NCBI GenBank assembly: GCA_022821385.1
Contig: JAJEDR010000096.1
Coordinates: 27,609-91,608 of the forward strand
Direction of reading: 5' to 3'
DNA: 64,000 bases
From: Rhodothermales bacterium
Lineage (GTDB): Bacteria > Bacteroidota > Rhodothermia > Rhodothermales > Bin80
In this document: positions 20,805 to 31,660 of the stretch, piece after piece
Numbering within the stretch: the first letter of the stretch is position 1
Layout of the letters: every line of letters starts with the position of its first letter
Notes under the pieces: generated by a model
Told to the model about the DNA's origin: nothing
Databases searched by the model: none
The model's input: the letters and a program-made list of their open reading frames with translations, nothing else
Translations under genes and position numbers: made by a program

Positions 20805-23771
20805 ATGACAACAACAACCGACAACCATATTCCCCCGACATCATCTACCGAGTCCACGAAGGATGGCCTTTCTATTGAACGTGTTTTCTCTAAACAAGGC
20901 GTGAATGCACTTGATTCAGTCGATTGGGAGCGCAGGAATGCAGTAATCAAGAATCCTCAGGGAGAATCAGTTTTTGAGCAGAAGGATGTTGAATTCCCCA
21001 AAGATTGGAGTCCCTTGGCGACAAATGTCGTGGCTTCCAAATACTTTTATGGGGATCAGGCAAATGTATACCTGGATCCAGATGAAGGGGGACGTGAGTA
21101 TTCGCTGCGTCAGCTAATCCACCGCGTGACACGCACAATCACCGATTGGGGGCATAAGCAGGGGTATTTTTCCACACAGCAGGATGCTGATTGCTTTTAC
21201 GATGAGCTCACTTGGCTTTGCGTGAATCAACATGGGTCCTTTAACTCCCCTGTATGGTTCAATGTCGGCCTGCATGACTGTTATGGCGTTAAGGATTCGG
21301 GAGGTCGGACAATCTGGGGCTGGGATCCGACCAAGCAGGATGTTGTGGATGTAGATCCATATGAGTATCCACAGGGGTCGGCCTGTTTCATTATCTCGGT
21401 TGAGGATTCAATTGATCACATCTGGCAGTTGATGAGTGAGAGCGCGCGCCTGTTCAAGTTTGGTTCTGGAGTCGGTGCAGACTGGTCAACGCTCCGATCA
21501 ACTCATGAGAAATTATCCGGTGGAGGTATTCCAAGTGGTCCAGTGAGCTTCATGCGTGTGCAGGATGCCACCGGAGGTACAATCAAGAGCGGAGGCAAGA
21601 CACGTCGGGCTGCGATAATGCAGACGCTGAAAATCTGGCATCCAGATGTCATGGAGTTTATTGATGCCAAAAAGACAGAAGAAAAGAAGGCATGGGCATT
21701 GATTGAACAGGGGTATGATGGATCATTTAACGGTCCGGCCTATGGTTCTGTAGCATTTCAGAACGTGAATCAGTCTGTGCGTGTGGACGATGAGTTTATG
21801 TCCTCGGCGGAATCGGGTGCGCTGTTTGCGCTCCGCAAAGTGACAACGGACGAGGTCGTCACAGAGGTTGACGCCAAAATGGTCCTTGATCGTATTGCCG
21901 ATGGCACGCACATCTGCGGAGATCCCGGTATTCAGTACGAAGACACGATTCAGCGATGGCACACCTGTAAAGCGACAGGTCCCATTAACTCAAGCAATCC
22001 TTGCTCTGAGTACATGTTTCTGGATAACTCCGCGTGTAATCTGGCCAGTCTAAACCTGCGCAAGTTTCAACAGGAGGATGGTTCGTTTGATGTTGAGCGC
22101 TTCAGGGCTGCGGTTAGAATCTTCATTACCGCGATGGAGATTATCGTAGATAATGCTGGGTATCCAAGCGAAAGTATTGCAAGAAACAGCCATCTTTTCC
22201 GTCCATTGGGACTTGGCTTCGCCAATTTGGGGGCTCTCTTAATGGCTATGGGCCTGCCGTACGACAGTGATGAAGGGCGCGCTGTGGCCGGCGCTATCAT
22301 GGCGATGGAGCACGCAGAAGCGTATGCCCGGAGCGCTGAAATAGCTGCTAACCCCAGAATAGGGCCATTTGAAGGCTATGAAGAAAACCGTGATAGCATG
22401 TTGAATGTGATGCGCATGCATCGGGATGCTGCCGATGACATTGACCAAAGTTGCCCGGATTATCTGCTCAGTGCTGCCAAGGAATCCCTGGATCGTATGG
22501 TAACCTTGGGTGAATGTCATGGCTATCGGAATTCACAGGTGACAGTACTTGCTCCAACGGGCACCATTGCCTTTATGATGGATTGTGATACCACCGGTAT
22601 AGAGCCAGATATTGCACTGGTGAAATACAAGTTATTGGCAGGTAAGGGGGATGGTACACTCAAGATTGTCAATCGTACGGTACCCGAAGCATTGGATCGT
22701 CTAGGTTATGATGAAGGGCAGATTGAGAGCATTCTTCACTACGTAAGTGAGCACGATACCATAGAGGGGGCACCTGATCTGGATGAAGCGCATCTTCCTG
22801 TTTTTGATTGTGCATTCAAACCGTTCAAGGGGACGCGAAGCGTACATTCCATGGGACATATCCGCATGATGGCGGCTTGCCAGCCGTTTGTATCGGGTGC
22901 AATCTCGAAGACCGTGAATATGCCGGAGGAGGTTACCGTGGACGAAATAGGCGAGGCTTATATGGAGGGTTGGCATTTAGGCTTGAAAGCATTGGCCATT
23001 TATCGCGAGAACTCGAAGAGGAGCCAACCTCTGTCAACTTCAAAGGGTGGAAATACCAAAAGTGCCTCCTCGGGTGACGGATTACCGGAAGTACCGAAGG
23101 TTGTGGAAAAGGCCAACGGCCGCGTCATATACAAATCCACGCGTAAGCGTTTGCCAGATGAACGGCCAGCCCTCACACACAAATTCAGCGTTTGCGGTCA
23201 CGAAGGGTATCTGCATGTGGGACTGTATCCTGATACAAATCTGCCGGGTGAGATATTTATCCGAATGGCAAAAGAGGGGTCAACGATATCCGGGCTGATG
23301 GATGCCTTTGCTACGAGTATATCGATCGCTTTACAGTACGGTGTTCCCTTGGAAGATCTGTGCTCTAAGTTCAGCTTTATGCGCTTTGAACCGAGCGGAA
23401 TCACAAATAATCCAAAGATTCCGATGGCAGCGTCCATAATGGACTACATTTTCCGGTATTTGGCACTCACATTCACAGAGGAGCAGGTGATGCCGGATGT
23501 CATTAAAAACGTCATTGGAGAAATAGAATCCGACATTGCGAGTCACGAGGGTACCGAAGAAGGGCAACATGTAGCGCTCGAACTTGAGCCCGTGCAGATC
23601 AATTCGCCCCAGGCAGGAGCCGTACGGACGGCAGGAGCTGTGAGTACAGAAGACACCACCTACCAGCATCAGGACGATGCACCCATATGCCCTGACTGCG
23701 GATCAATTACTGTTCGAAGCGGGGCGTGTTATGTCTGCACACATTGTGGAAGCTCCAGCGGCTGTGGATGA
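20805..23771 (+). CDS. nrdJ: Adenosylcobalamin-dependent (class II) ribonucleotide reductase with a C-terminal Cys-rich zinc-ribbon tail
   Basis: 988 aa. Motifs: VASKYFYG, FNSPVWFNVG, NPCSEYMFLDNSACNLASLNL (thiyl-radical Cys loop) and TVNMPE. The tail is CPDCGSITVRSGACYVCTHCGSSSGCG. Confidence 0.9.
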   Translation: MTTTTDNHIPPTSSTESTKDGLSIERVFSKQGVNALDSVDWERRNAVIKNPQGESVFEQKDVEFPKDWSPLATNVVASKYFYGDQANVYLDPDEGGREYSLRQLIHRVTRTITDWGHKQGYFSTQQDADCFYDELTWLCVNQHGSFNSPVWFNVGLHDCYGVKDSGGRTIWGWDPTKQDVVDVDPYEYPQGSACFIISVEDSIDHIWQLMSESARLFKFGSGVGADWSTLRSTHEKLSGGGIPSGPVSFMRVQDATGGTIKSGGKTRRAAIMQTLKIWHPDVMEFIDAKKTEEKKAWALIEQGYDGSFNGPAYGSVAFQNVNQSVRVDDEFMSSAESGALFALRKVTTDEVVTEVDAKMVLDRIADGTHICGDPGIQYEDTIQRWHTCKATGPINSSNPCSEYMFLDNSACNLASLNLRKFQQEDGSFDVERFRAAVRIFITAMEIIVDNAGYPSESIARNSHLFRPLGLGFANLGALLMAMGLPYDSDEGRAVAGAIMAMEHAEAYARSAEIAANPRIGPFEGYEENRDSMLNVMRMHRDAADDIDQSCPDYLLSAAKESLDRMVTLGECHGYRNSQVTVLAPTGTIAFMMDCDTTGIEPDIALVKYKLLAGKGDGTLKIVNRTVPEALDRLGYDEGQIESILHYVSEHDTIEGAPDLDEAHLPVFDCAFKPFKGTRSVHSMGHIRMMAACQPFVSGAISKTVNMPEEVTVDEIGEAYMEGWHLGLKALAIYRENSKRSQPLSTSKGGNTKSASSGDGLPEVPKVVEKANGRVIYKSTRKRLPDERPALTHKFSVCGHEGYLHVGLYPDTNLPGEIFIRMAKEGSTISGLMDAFATSISIALQYGVPLEDLCSKFSFMRFEPSGITNNPKIPMAASIMDYIFRYLALTFTEEQVMPDVIKNVIGEIESDIASHEGTEEGQHVALELEPVQINSPQAGAVRTAGAVSTEDTTYQHQDDAPICPDCGSITVRSGACYVCTHCGSSSGCG

Positions 23772-24106
23772 GGATGTGAAGAGCCCTCTGGCCAGAGGTC
23801 AGGAAGAAGTATAGAGCAAGCGCAGGGAGGAAATCACGGGTGACCAGAAAGTGACAGGAGTCATTAAGGTCAAGGCCTCAGTTTCTGGTGCGGGACATGC
23901 CAAACATTTACCGTTTCGACCATCATTTTGCCCTTGATATCTGGTTTACGTCAAATGATGTTCCAGTCCCATTTTTCGTGGAAATAGGTGACTGGAAATT
24001 CAGCCTGGGGAACCCCGGAAAGTCCGACTGTTGAGGGCAAGAGTCAGAGGATCAAAGCTGATCAGTGCGGGGAGTATGTACGCCCGCTAACCGTGGATGA
24101 ATCCGA

Positions 24107-25969
24107 TCAGTACTGGGTATTGCGAAAAAACAGCAATCCGCCGCCCAGTCCACCACTGAATACATCCAGGTCACCGTCGTTGTCTATATCTACAAAAGCA
24201 GGTACTGCAAGTATCGGGAACGGAGCAGGCAGTGTACCGGATTCTACAAAGAGAGGCGCTTGTGCAGTCCCCTGATTTATGTACAGAGCCACACCATCAG
24301 CCTCGCGGCCCACAATCAGATCTTGATCTCCATCTCCGTCCAGATCTGCAAAGCGTGGAACACTTCGACGTCCGACATCAATATCCTCAAACTTGTCACT
24401 CACCAGGTCAAACTGCGGTTCGTTGGGAGTACCATTGTTCCGGTAGAAGTTCAGATCTCCCGAAGACTCGCCAATGAACAGGTCAAGATCCCCATCCGCA
24501 TCAATATCCACTAGGACAGGTGTACTATTGCTGCCTCGGGTTAATGTGACGGTCTTGCTTTCGTCCAATACAAAGTCCGGAGCGCTAGATGTTCCATCAT
24601 TGCGAAAAAACAAGCTACCCTTATTCCAGGTGCCAACCAACATATCCAGATCGCCGTCAGCATCAAGATCAGCAATGGCAGGGGCAAGATTGTAATGGCC
24701 GCCAATGTCCAGCGGCTCCCGCTGTTGCCAGCGCAATATTCCAGATTCAGAAATGTTTTCGAAGTAGTAGATTTCGCCAGTTTCAAAATCGTGGGCCGAA
24801 ATCTTGTTGGATATCAGGATGTCCTGATCCCCATCTCCGTCCAGATCTGCAAAAACCGGATAAGAGTCTGCGCCAACATCAATGCCAGACAGCAACGTTT
24901 TTGTTTTCAGTACAAATCCGTTTGATGTGCGGTCTAGATGATAGAAATTCTCCACCGCGGAGGTATTGGGATTGAAGGCTCCTCCTAGAACTCCAAACAG
25001 TAGCTCCGAATCTCCGTCGCCATCCAAATCGGCGAATAGCACGGAATTATAACCGCTGGTCTTTACCGGATCATCTGGAGGATAGGCTATGGGCTCATTG
25101 CGCAGGTTGGGATTGCTGCATGTGCCTGTATTTGCGATCAGTAGGACACCAGCTTCGAAAAAATCACCCCAGAAGAGATCTTCGTCTCCGTCGTTATCCA
25201 CATCATGAAAGGTGAGCGCGTTTGCGCCGTGCAGTGTGGCGAACATCCCCACAATTTCTATATCCTCGAATCGATTGGTCACGAGTGCAAATCTCGGCAA
25301 ACCAGATTCATCTGAACCGACAGATTCGTAGTGGAGCACGGTACCACTTACGCGGCCAATAAACAGGTCCAGCAGGCCGTCACAGTCAAGGTCGATTATG
25401 GTCGGGATATTCTGACGATCCATGAAGAGTGGAACGCCCTCGGCATCTCGTAGAGAATCCAGCGGTGCTGCGAATGATGGGGCAGTTGCTGTTCCCTCGT
25501 TGCGAAAGAAGCGCACATAGCTGAAAGGGGTTTCCCCTATGAGATCGTAATCGCCGTCTTGGTCTAGGTCAACAAACCGATACCACTCTCCCACATCCAG
25601 GTCACGGTATTGATTTTCACGCCATGTGAAGGAGGGATCCGTGGGACTGCCAGTATTCTCGAAGTATTTTACGGATCCAGTCAGTTCCTGAACAAACAAA
25701 TCCAGGTCAGCATCCCCGTCAATATCGACCAACTGTGGTCGTGGGAGGTTCAATCCACCATGGAACGGGTGATCCAGAACCTCGCCATCGATATTGAGCA
25801 CCTCAATGCCATACACCTCCTGGACATAAGAAGGTGGAAATGCCGGGGCTTCCAGACTCGTCTCCTGTGTAGTTGCACAGCCTGCGAGGATTAAAGCGGT
25901 AAGCCCAAGAACCGCATTGAACGGGTTCCTAGCGTGTTCCGAGACCCGTAGGGTTCGGGCCCACTTCAA
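24107..25969 (-). CDS. FG-GAP/VCBS-repeat lipoprotein (CRTAC1/ASPIC-like)
   Basis: Many repeats of the type DLDGDGDQDL / DIDADGDLDLF / F.N.G. The track start (26122) overlaps the upstream gene. An in-frame TTG at 25967-25969 gives MKWARTLRVSEHARNPFNAVLGLTALILAGC, a lipobox. The start is uncertain (26032 ATG is also possible). Confidence 0.75.
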   Translation of the reverse strand: MKWARTLRVSEHARNPFNAVLGLTALILAGCATTQETSLEAPAFPPSYVQEVYGIEVLNIDGEVLDHPFHGGLNLPRPQLVDIDGDADLDLFVQELTGSVKYFENTGSPTDPSFTWRENQYRDLDVGEWYRFVDLDQDGDYDLIGETPFSYVRFFRNEGTATAPSFAAPLDSLRDAEGVPLFMDRQNIPTIIDLDCDGLLDLFIGRVSGTVLHYESVGSDESGLPRFALVTNRFEDIEIVGMFATLHGANALTFHDVDNDGDEDLFWGDFFEAGVLLIANTGTCSNPNLRNEPIAYPPDDPVKTSGYNSVLFADLDGDGDSELLFGVLGGAFNPNTSAVENFYHLDRTSNGFVLKTKTLLSGIDVGADSYPVFADLDGDGDQDILISNKISAHDFETGEIYYFENISESGILRWQQREPLDIGGHYNLAPAIADLDADGDLDMLVGTWNKGSLFFRNDGTSSAPDFVLDESKTVTLTRGSNSTPVLVDIDADGDLDLFIGESSGDLNFYRNNGTPNEPQFDLVSDKFEDIDVGRRSVPRFADLDGDGDQDLIVGREADGVALYINQGTAQAPLFVESGTLPAPFPILAVPAFVDIDNDGDLDVFSGGLGGGLLFFRNTQY

Positions 25970-27284
25970 GCATCCTAGTGATTTCACGGCTCTCCGAGTC
26001 AATGACTGCAATCGCGCCTGGAAGATATTCATCCTGCCACATATATCGTCCATGATAGGCTCCGTTGAGATTATTATTGGAAATATACACTGTACGTCCA
26101 TCGGGTGATATCGCAGCTCCATGAGGTTCAGAAAGTCCTTCTACGGTTGCCACTACTTCGCGCTTCTCAATATCCACGACTGTGGCCCGATTTCCCATTT
26201 TGTTACCGAACCAGACCATGCTGCCATCCGGGCTGAAAACCGGATGCCAAGGTGCCATCCCGACTTTGATTGATTCGACCAGGGTCGGGGTAGCAGGATC
26301 CGATGTGTCGAAGAAAAAGAACTCTCCGGTCAGCTGTCCACCTACGACCATGGTCTGGCCGTCCGGAGAAACAGCAAATTGTACGAGTGTGTGTGTTTCG
26401 CCTTCAATGGATTGTAATTCGGGGCTTTCCGATACATAATCAACCGTAGCCATACGGTTTTCTGCGAGACTTCCCACATACACATACGTCCCGGTTGGGT
26501 CTATCGCAAGTGCATGTGGACGCGGGAAAAAGACATCCAACTCTTCAAGGTCCATATTATCACGTTCAATAATACCGATCCGTTGTGGTGGATTGACAGC
26601 TTTCATTGAACGGCCTACAAACAGTTGGCGATCAGCGGGATTGACGACTAGCATCCCGGGACGCTCGAAAGCTATTTGGTCAACCAATTCATTCTCACGA
26701 TTAAACTTGAGCACGGCGTCATCACCGATCAGGGATACATAGAATGCAGATCCATCGGGCTCAACGGCAACATGGTGAGGTCTGGAATCTGCCGTGAATC
26801 CCAGCTCCTGTAGATCGATGGTGCGAATCACCACGTTCGCATCCATATCAATTATTGCCAGTCGAGCAGCCCCCTGAATGCAAGCATAAAGGAGATTGGA
26901 GGCATCCGAATAAGCAATTTCTCCGTTATCATTTGGAGCTCCACGTTCAATCCATGACCGGACCGTTGCCAGATCTTCTTTGGATATATGAGCGGCATGC
27001 ACGCTCAGTGGATCATCGGCGGACAGCTTTGTTGCCAGGCGAACAAGCAGGCTTCCGTCCGGGTCAAAGGGGATCACAACTTCTCCGTGATCTGAACCCG
27101 CCATCAATGTTTCCCACGACTCGAGGGAAAGGCCGGTCTCCCGCTCGAGGAGCGGTTCAAACTTTTCCTGAATAAGGGGCAAAACCTCACGGCCAAAAAC
27201 ATCTGGCGTTGATTGCGCCAGTGCGTGCCCGGTGATCGTCACGAAGAGTAGTGCAAAGCTGATCAAAGACTTACGAACCATCAT
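25929..27284 (-). CDS. Secreted YVTN/YncE-type beta-propeller protein with an N-terminal cytochrome-c-like (PSCyt1-like) domain lacking CxxCH
   Basis: The signal MMVRKSLISFALLFVTITGHALAQ begins at the ATG at 27284. Propeller blades: VSPDGQTMVVG, FSPDGSMVWF, ISPDGRTVYISNN. N-terminal domain: FGREVLPLIQEKFEPLL...VIPFDPDGSLLVRL...VRSWIERGAP. Confidence 0.7.
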   Translation of the reverse strand: MMVRKSLISFALLFVTITGHALAQSTPDVFGREVLPLIQEKFEPLLERETGLSLESWETLMAGSDHGEVVIPFDPDGSLLVRLATKLSADDPLSVHAAHISKEDLATVRSWIERGAPNDNGEIAYSDASNLLYACIQGAARLAIIDMDANVVIRTIDLQELGFTADSRPHHVAVEPDGSAFYVSLIGDDAVLKFNRENELVDQIAFERPGMLVVNPADRQLFVGRSMKAVNPPQRIGIIERDNMDLEELDVFFPRPHALAIDPTGTYVYVGSLAENRMATVDYVSESPELQSIEGETHTLVQFAVSPDGQTMVVGGQLTGEFFFFDTSDPATPTLVESIKVGMAPWHPVFSPDGSMVWFGNKMGNRATVVDIEKREVVATVEGLSEPHGAAISPDGRTVYISNNNLNGAYHGRYMWQDEYLPGAIAVIDSESREITRMLEVGPNPTGLGTR

Positions 27285-27288
27285 CACA

Positions 27289-29679
27289 TCACAGGTCAAT
27301 ATTCCGTTTACGAACGATAAAGAGACCTTCATTCCCGCTGGTGATCAGAATGGTGCCACTGGGGAAGTAAGGATAATTGCTCCACGAGCCACCAAAGCTC
27401 GGTTCGTCATCACCATGAGGAACAGTGTCAAAGAAACCGACCTCCACGGGATTGATGCGATCACTGATATCGAAAATGCGCAGGCCGCTCAAATAATTGG
27501 ACTGATACATCAGGTTTCCCTGAATGTAAAGGTTATGGTCACTCGAAAGATTCTCGGATACGAACTCCTTGGCGAGTTGTGGATCATCCAAATCAGTTAT
27601 ATCCCAAATGAGCGTCCGAGTACCAACGATCTTCCCCTGAAGTTCGTCCAATTCATCATTCATATAGAAATACTCAAAGTCGTCCGTAGTCCAGCCTTGG
27701 TGTGCATATCCTACATTAGGATATTCCGCTGACGAAAGAGCGATGGGTGCCTCCTTATTGGTGACATCCGAAATACTCAGTGCGGTTTCATTTGAGTTAA
27801 AGCAAATTTCTTTTCCCTGGTGATCTACATCCGGGCCGTCGTAGATCACGCACTGCGCATCATGCGAATATCCTGTACCCGATCGTCCGGTATTTTCATC
27901 TGAAAAGCAACCGGCAAACACAGGCGCGAGGGGATCCCTTATATCAATCATGTGCAGGCCGCCGCCACACGTTTCGCCGCCGCCACTGCTTCCAACAGCG
28001 TATGCGAAGCCCGTGTCTTCGTTGATCACAATGTTATGTGCGCTTGCGATACCATCGTAAATGGCATCTTCGGAATAGGTCATAGGCTCCTCAGTATTCT
28101 CACGTAGGCGCCGGAGATCAAATACCTGCATTCCGTGTTGTCCCGCGCCATCAGCAACGATAAAAGCATGATCTGCATAGACCTTGACGTCCCGCCATAC
28201 ATTAGGGTTTGCCCCTTCTGTTAACGGGAGATTTCCCTTCACAACCGGATTGGCCGGGTCACTGACATCCACAAAAGTCATTCCGTCGTTGCGACCCACC
28301 AACGCATACTCGCGGTCTGTTTCGGCGTCTACCCAGCCCCAAACATCATTAGTCCGACTGCCGCGGGCCGTTCCCATCAGGTCCTCCACCGTCATGAAGG
28401 ACAGCAGATCCACATTGCTACAGCCAAACTGCCCCGCAATTCCTTCGGTGCAGTCTACCGCACCACTGGAAACGAGCGGGGGTGGTTCTTTACCGGTTTT
28501 CAGCGGGTCGCTTGTGGTCCATTCACCTGTTTCCGAATCCATACTGGCCACGCGGACTGTGCCTTGTCCCATGTCGGAAGCGGGAGCACTAATGACGGCA
28601 TTCTGACCGCTCATGGAGATCATAAACCCGAAGATCTGATCCCCATCACCACCCGCTATTTCGCCGGTCTTGGTCCACATCATTGTTTCGGGATCACGCT
28701 CATAGGCCCAAGCACTTCCTACCTGGGCATTCGTGAGCGGATGGCCTACCAGTAATTGCATATCGCTATGGTCAAATCCAAAGGCGAAGATGTCAAGTTG
28801 CCCGCCCGATTCACCATCAAGAACCTGAAGGATTTCGGGTCCCTCCTCTCCAGTGCGTGCCCAGACCAGTTTACCTGGTGGTGGGGGCGCGGTGGGTTGG
28901 ATAAGGGGGACGGCACCAGGGCCTGCTGCGAGTACAAAATCATCACCGACAGACTTGATCAGTGTACCAAGCGCTGCGGCATTTATACTTTCGTGGTCAC
29001 CGCTCAGGATCATCTCTCCGTGCCAGTTACCTCCGTGGTCAGCAAAAGGGTACACGGCCCCTGCACCTTCATTGGCGCCTGGGGCACCGACATACACGGT
29101 CCCATTGTCGGCAATGGCAACGGAGGCGCCAAACAAGAGGGTGTCCGAGACCCCATCCGGAGCCAGTGTCGCAGTATGTTCGAGGCCATTCTCGGTTTGC
29201 ATGTAGACGGCAGCAGAATTGATCGGATTAACGCCGACCAAGCCACTGGAAACCAGCATAGATTCTGCAATGGCAACGGTGCCGCCGATGGGAGCTTCTG
29301 CGGTGCCAGTCGTTTTAGCTACTTCCTGCCAGTCGCCGGTTTCCGGGTTAGGGGCGAACAGATAGACCGCTCCACCAAGACTGTCCAGAGATGGTGCACC
29401 AATCGCGAGATGATGTCCGTCCGAGGCGATACTGTAGCCAAATGCATCGCCGGGCTTTGCGTCTGAAGCCATGAGCTCGGCTGCAACTTCCCAGATTTCT
29501 CCATCCTCCGAAAGCTGATACACATAGACCAGCCCGGATTCGTCGTCATCGGGTACAGGATGGCCTACGAAGATTGAATTGCCGGCAGCCTCGGAAGAGA
29601 GGCCAAAGGCCTCCATTACCTGTGCGTAAACAGCTGAGGGCAACAAAAAGAGTAGTAGAAGGGGTAGAAATCGGTTCAT
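27289..29679 (-). CDS. Secreted protein: N-terminal FG-GAP (integrin-alpha-like) repeats + C-terminal choice-of-anchor B / LVIVD-repeat beta-propeller
   Basis: The internal ATG at 29679 gives signal MNRFLPLLLLFLLPSAVYAQ. FG-GAP repeats: AFGYSIASDGHHLAIGAP, LFGASVAIADNGTVYVGAPGANEGAGAVY. C-terminal half: NDVWGWVDAETDREYALVGRNDGMTFVDVSDPANPV, then LRIFDISDRINPVEVGFFD. Confidence 0.75.
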   Translation of the reverse strand: MNRFLPLLLLFLLPSAVYAQVMEAFGLSSEAAGNSIFVGHPVPDDDESGLVYVYQLSEDGEIWEVAAELMASDAKPGDAFGYSIASDGHHLAIGAPSLDSLGGAVYLFAPNPETGDWQEVAKTTGTAEAPIGGTVAIAESMLVSSGLVGVNPINSAAVYMQTENGLEHTATLAPDGVSDTLLFGASVAIADNGTVYVGAPGANEGAGAVYPFADHGGNWHGEMILSGDHESINAAALGTLIKSVGDDFVLAAGPGAVPLIQPTAPPPPGKLVWARTGEEGPEILQVLDGESGGQLDIFAFGFDHSDMQLLVGHPLTNAQVGSAWAYERDPETMMWTKTGEIAGGDGDQIFGFMISMSGQNAVISAPASDMGQGTVRVASMDSETGEWTTSDPLKTGKEPPPLVSSGAVDCTEGIAGQFGCSNVDLLSFMTVEDLMGTARGSRTNDVWGWVDAETDREYALVGRNDGMTFVDVSDPANPVVKGNLPLTEGANPNVWRDVKVYADHAFIVADGAGQHGMQVFDLRRLRENTEEPMTYSEDAIYDGIASAHNIVINEDTGFAYAVGSSGGGETCGGGLHMIDIRDPLAPVFAGCFSDENTGRSGTGYSHDAQCVIYDGPDVDHQGKEICFNSNETALSISDVTNKEAPIALSSAEYPNVGYAHQGWTTDDFEYFYMNDELDELQGKIVGTRTLIWDITDLDDPQLAKEFVSENLSSDHNLYIQGNLMYQSNYLSGLRIFDISDRINPVEVGFFDTVPHGDDEPSFGGSWSNYPYFPSGTILITSGNEGLFIVRKRNIDL

Positions 29680-29764
29680 GAAGACTTGCATGGGGCAAAC
29701 ATTGATGAAAAACATGGGTGACCTGCTTGTTACGATATTTTTTCCAATATGATGCAAACGCGTA

Positions 29765-31657
29765 TCAGGCACCTTTTTCCAGCACCAGGAAAGCAAGCGG
29801 AGGCAGTATGACGACGACGCTCACTGGGTGTCCATGGCAGGGAACGGGCACACTTTCTACTTTCCCCATGTTGCCCATACCACTTCCTCCATACGTCGTC
29901 GCATCACTGTTTAACCGCTCCTGCCACCAACCTTCCCCTTTTACCCCAATCCTGAAATTCTCACGTGGGACTGGCGTCATGTTCAGGACAAAAATCATGC
30001 TCTCGGCCCCGTGTTTGCGTTCGTAAATCAGAATTGAGTCGTCAGCGTGTTCCCCAATCCATGACCAGCCTTCCGGGCTGTCGTTCCATAGAGGAGCACA
30101 ATCCCGATACAGTTTGTTAAGGTCTTGCACGAGGTGAAAAATTCCGCTGTTCAGCGGACGGTCCAGCAGCTCCCAGTCGAGCGATTTATCGTGATTCCAT
30201 TCTTCAGCCTGGGCAAACTCGCTCCCCATAAAGAGCATTTTCTTGCCGGGGTGTCCAAACAGATGCCCAAGAAGTAGGCGGTAGTTGGCTGCCTTCTGCC
30301 ATTCATCCCCCGGCATACGGCTCCATAGTGAGCCCTTTCCATGGACCACTTCGTCGTGGGAAAGCGGGAGTACATAGTGCTCACTGAAGGCATACATGAA
30401 GGAAAACGTGAGCCGGTTATGGTGATATTTTCGGTGCACAGGGTCTTCCCGCATGTAGGCCAGCGTATCGTGCATCCAGCCCATATTCCATTTGTACATG
30501 AAGCCCAATCCGTGATTGTAAGTCGGGGACGAGACCCCCCTGAAGGCAGTAGATTCTTCTGCAATCGTAAATGCTCCCGGGAAATTGGAATAGACGGCCT
30601 CGTTTGTTTTCTTGATGAGATCAATTGCTTCCAGGTTCTCGTTGCCACCGAAAATGTTGGGCGACCAGTCCTCACGTGAGTAATCCCGATAAAGCATGGA
30701 GGCAACTGCATCAACCCGCAGTGCGTCCACATGATATCGGTCGAGCCAGAACAACGCGTTTGAAATCAAGAAATTGCGCACTTCGGTTCTGCCATAGTCG
30801 AAGATATAGGTTCCCCAATCCGGGTGATAGCGCATCTTGGGATCATCGTACTCAAACAGGGTTGAGCCATCATAAAAGACCAATCCCTGTGGGTCCGTGG
30901 CAAAATGGGCCGGCACCCAATCCAGGATCACTCCGATACCACGCTGATGCAGTGTATCGATGAGAAACATCAGATCCTCGGGTGGTCCGTACCGGTGCGT
31001 GGGCGAAAAGTAGCCCACTACCTGATATCCCCAGGATCCATAGAAAGCGTGCTCGGCAACGGGCAGAAGCTCAACGTGTGTAAAGCCGAGGTTCTCAACG
31101 TGGTCCGCGAGCGGTACGGCAATCTCACGATAGGAAAGAGAGGTTCCCAGGCCCTTGTGCCGCCAGGACCCAAGGTGCACCTCATAGACTGATACGGGCT
31201 TGTTCAGCGTGTCTGGGCCACTCCGCTGATTCATCCACGTTTCATCCTGCCACGCATATTCCAGGGAGGTCAGGATTGCGGACAGGCCTTGAACATTACT
31301 GCCATGTGGTACCGGCGGCTCCATCTGGAACGCAAACGGGTCCGACTTATCAGCTACATACAGACCACGCCGAATACGGTACTTGTACCGCTGTCCCGAC
31401 GCAGCTCCAGGAACAAAACATTCCCAACAGCCGCTCCCGGTTCGCTCCATGGGGTGCGTATCGGCATTCCACGCGTTAAAATCGCCAATGACACTGACCG
31501 AATCCGCGTTGGGAGCCCAGACGGCAAACCACGCCCCGTCTTCCACCAAATGTCCCCCGAGACGGTCGTAGCTCTTGGTAAGCGTCCCCTGGGACCAGAA
31601 ATAGAGATCCTCATCTGAGAGCCACTTTGCATTTGCGGTCCTGGATCCAGTTTTCAT
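29765..31657 (-). CDS. glgB: 1,4-alpha-glucan branching enzyme (GH13)
   Basis: 630 aa. Conserved regions: [41 protein letters not shown]. Confidence 0.9.
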   Translation of the reverse strand: MKTGSRTANAKWLSDEDLYFWSQGTLTKSYDRLGGHLVEDGAWFAVWAPNADSVSVIGDFNAWNADTHPMERTGSGCWECFVPGAASGQRYKYRIRRGLYVADKSDPFAFQMEPPVPHGSNVQGLSAILTSLEYAWQDETWMNQRSGPDTLNKPVSVYEVHLGSWRHKGLGTSLSYREIAVPLADHVENLGFTHVELLPVAEHAFYGSWGYQVVGYFSPTHRYGPPEDLMFLIDTLHQRGIGVILDWVPAHFATDPQGLVFYDGSTLFEYDDPKMRYHPDWGTYIFDYGRTEVRNFLISNALFWLDRYHVDALRVDAVASMLYRDYSREDWSPNIFGGNENLEAIDLIKKTNEAVYSNFPGAFTIAEESTAFRGVSSPTYNHGLGFMYKWNMGWMHDTLAYMREDPVHRKYHHNRLTFSFMYAFSEHYVLPLSHDEVVHGKGSLWSRMPGDEWQKAANYRLLLGHLFGHPGKKMLFMGSEFAQAEEWNHDKSLDWELLDRPLNSGIFHLVQDLNKLYRDCAPLWNDSPEGWSWIGEHADDSILIYERKHGAESMIFVLNMTPVPRENFRIGVKGEGWWQERLNSDATTYGGSGMGNMGKVESVPVPCHGHPVSVVVILPPLAFLVLEKGA

Positions 31658-31660
31658 TAG

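Noticed and set aside
23785-23798. Perfect 14-nt palindrome CCTCTGGCCAGAGG 14 nt after the nrdJ stop, as a possible terminator
   Set aside because: The effective stem is short and no T-run follows, so I cannot support an intrinsic terminator call.
24010-24106. GGAAAGTCCG...GAGGGCAAG resembling the RNase P RNA P4 strand and flanking consensus
   Set aside because: Only about 25 nt match. The intergenic space is too short for the remaining 300 nt or so, because the FG-GAP CDS begins at 24107. I found none of the other conserved RNase P blocks.
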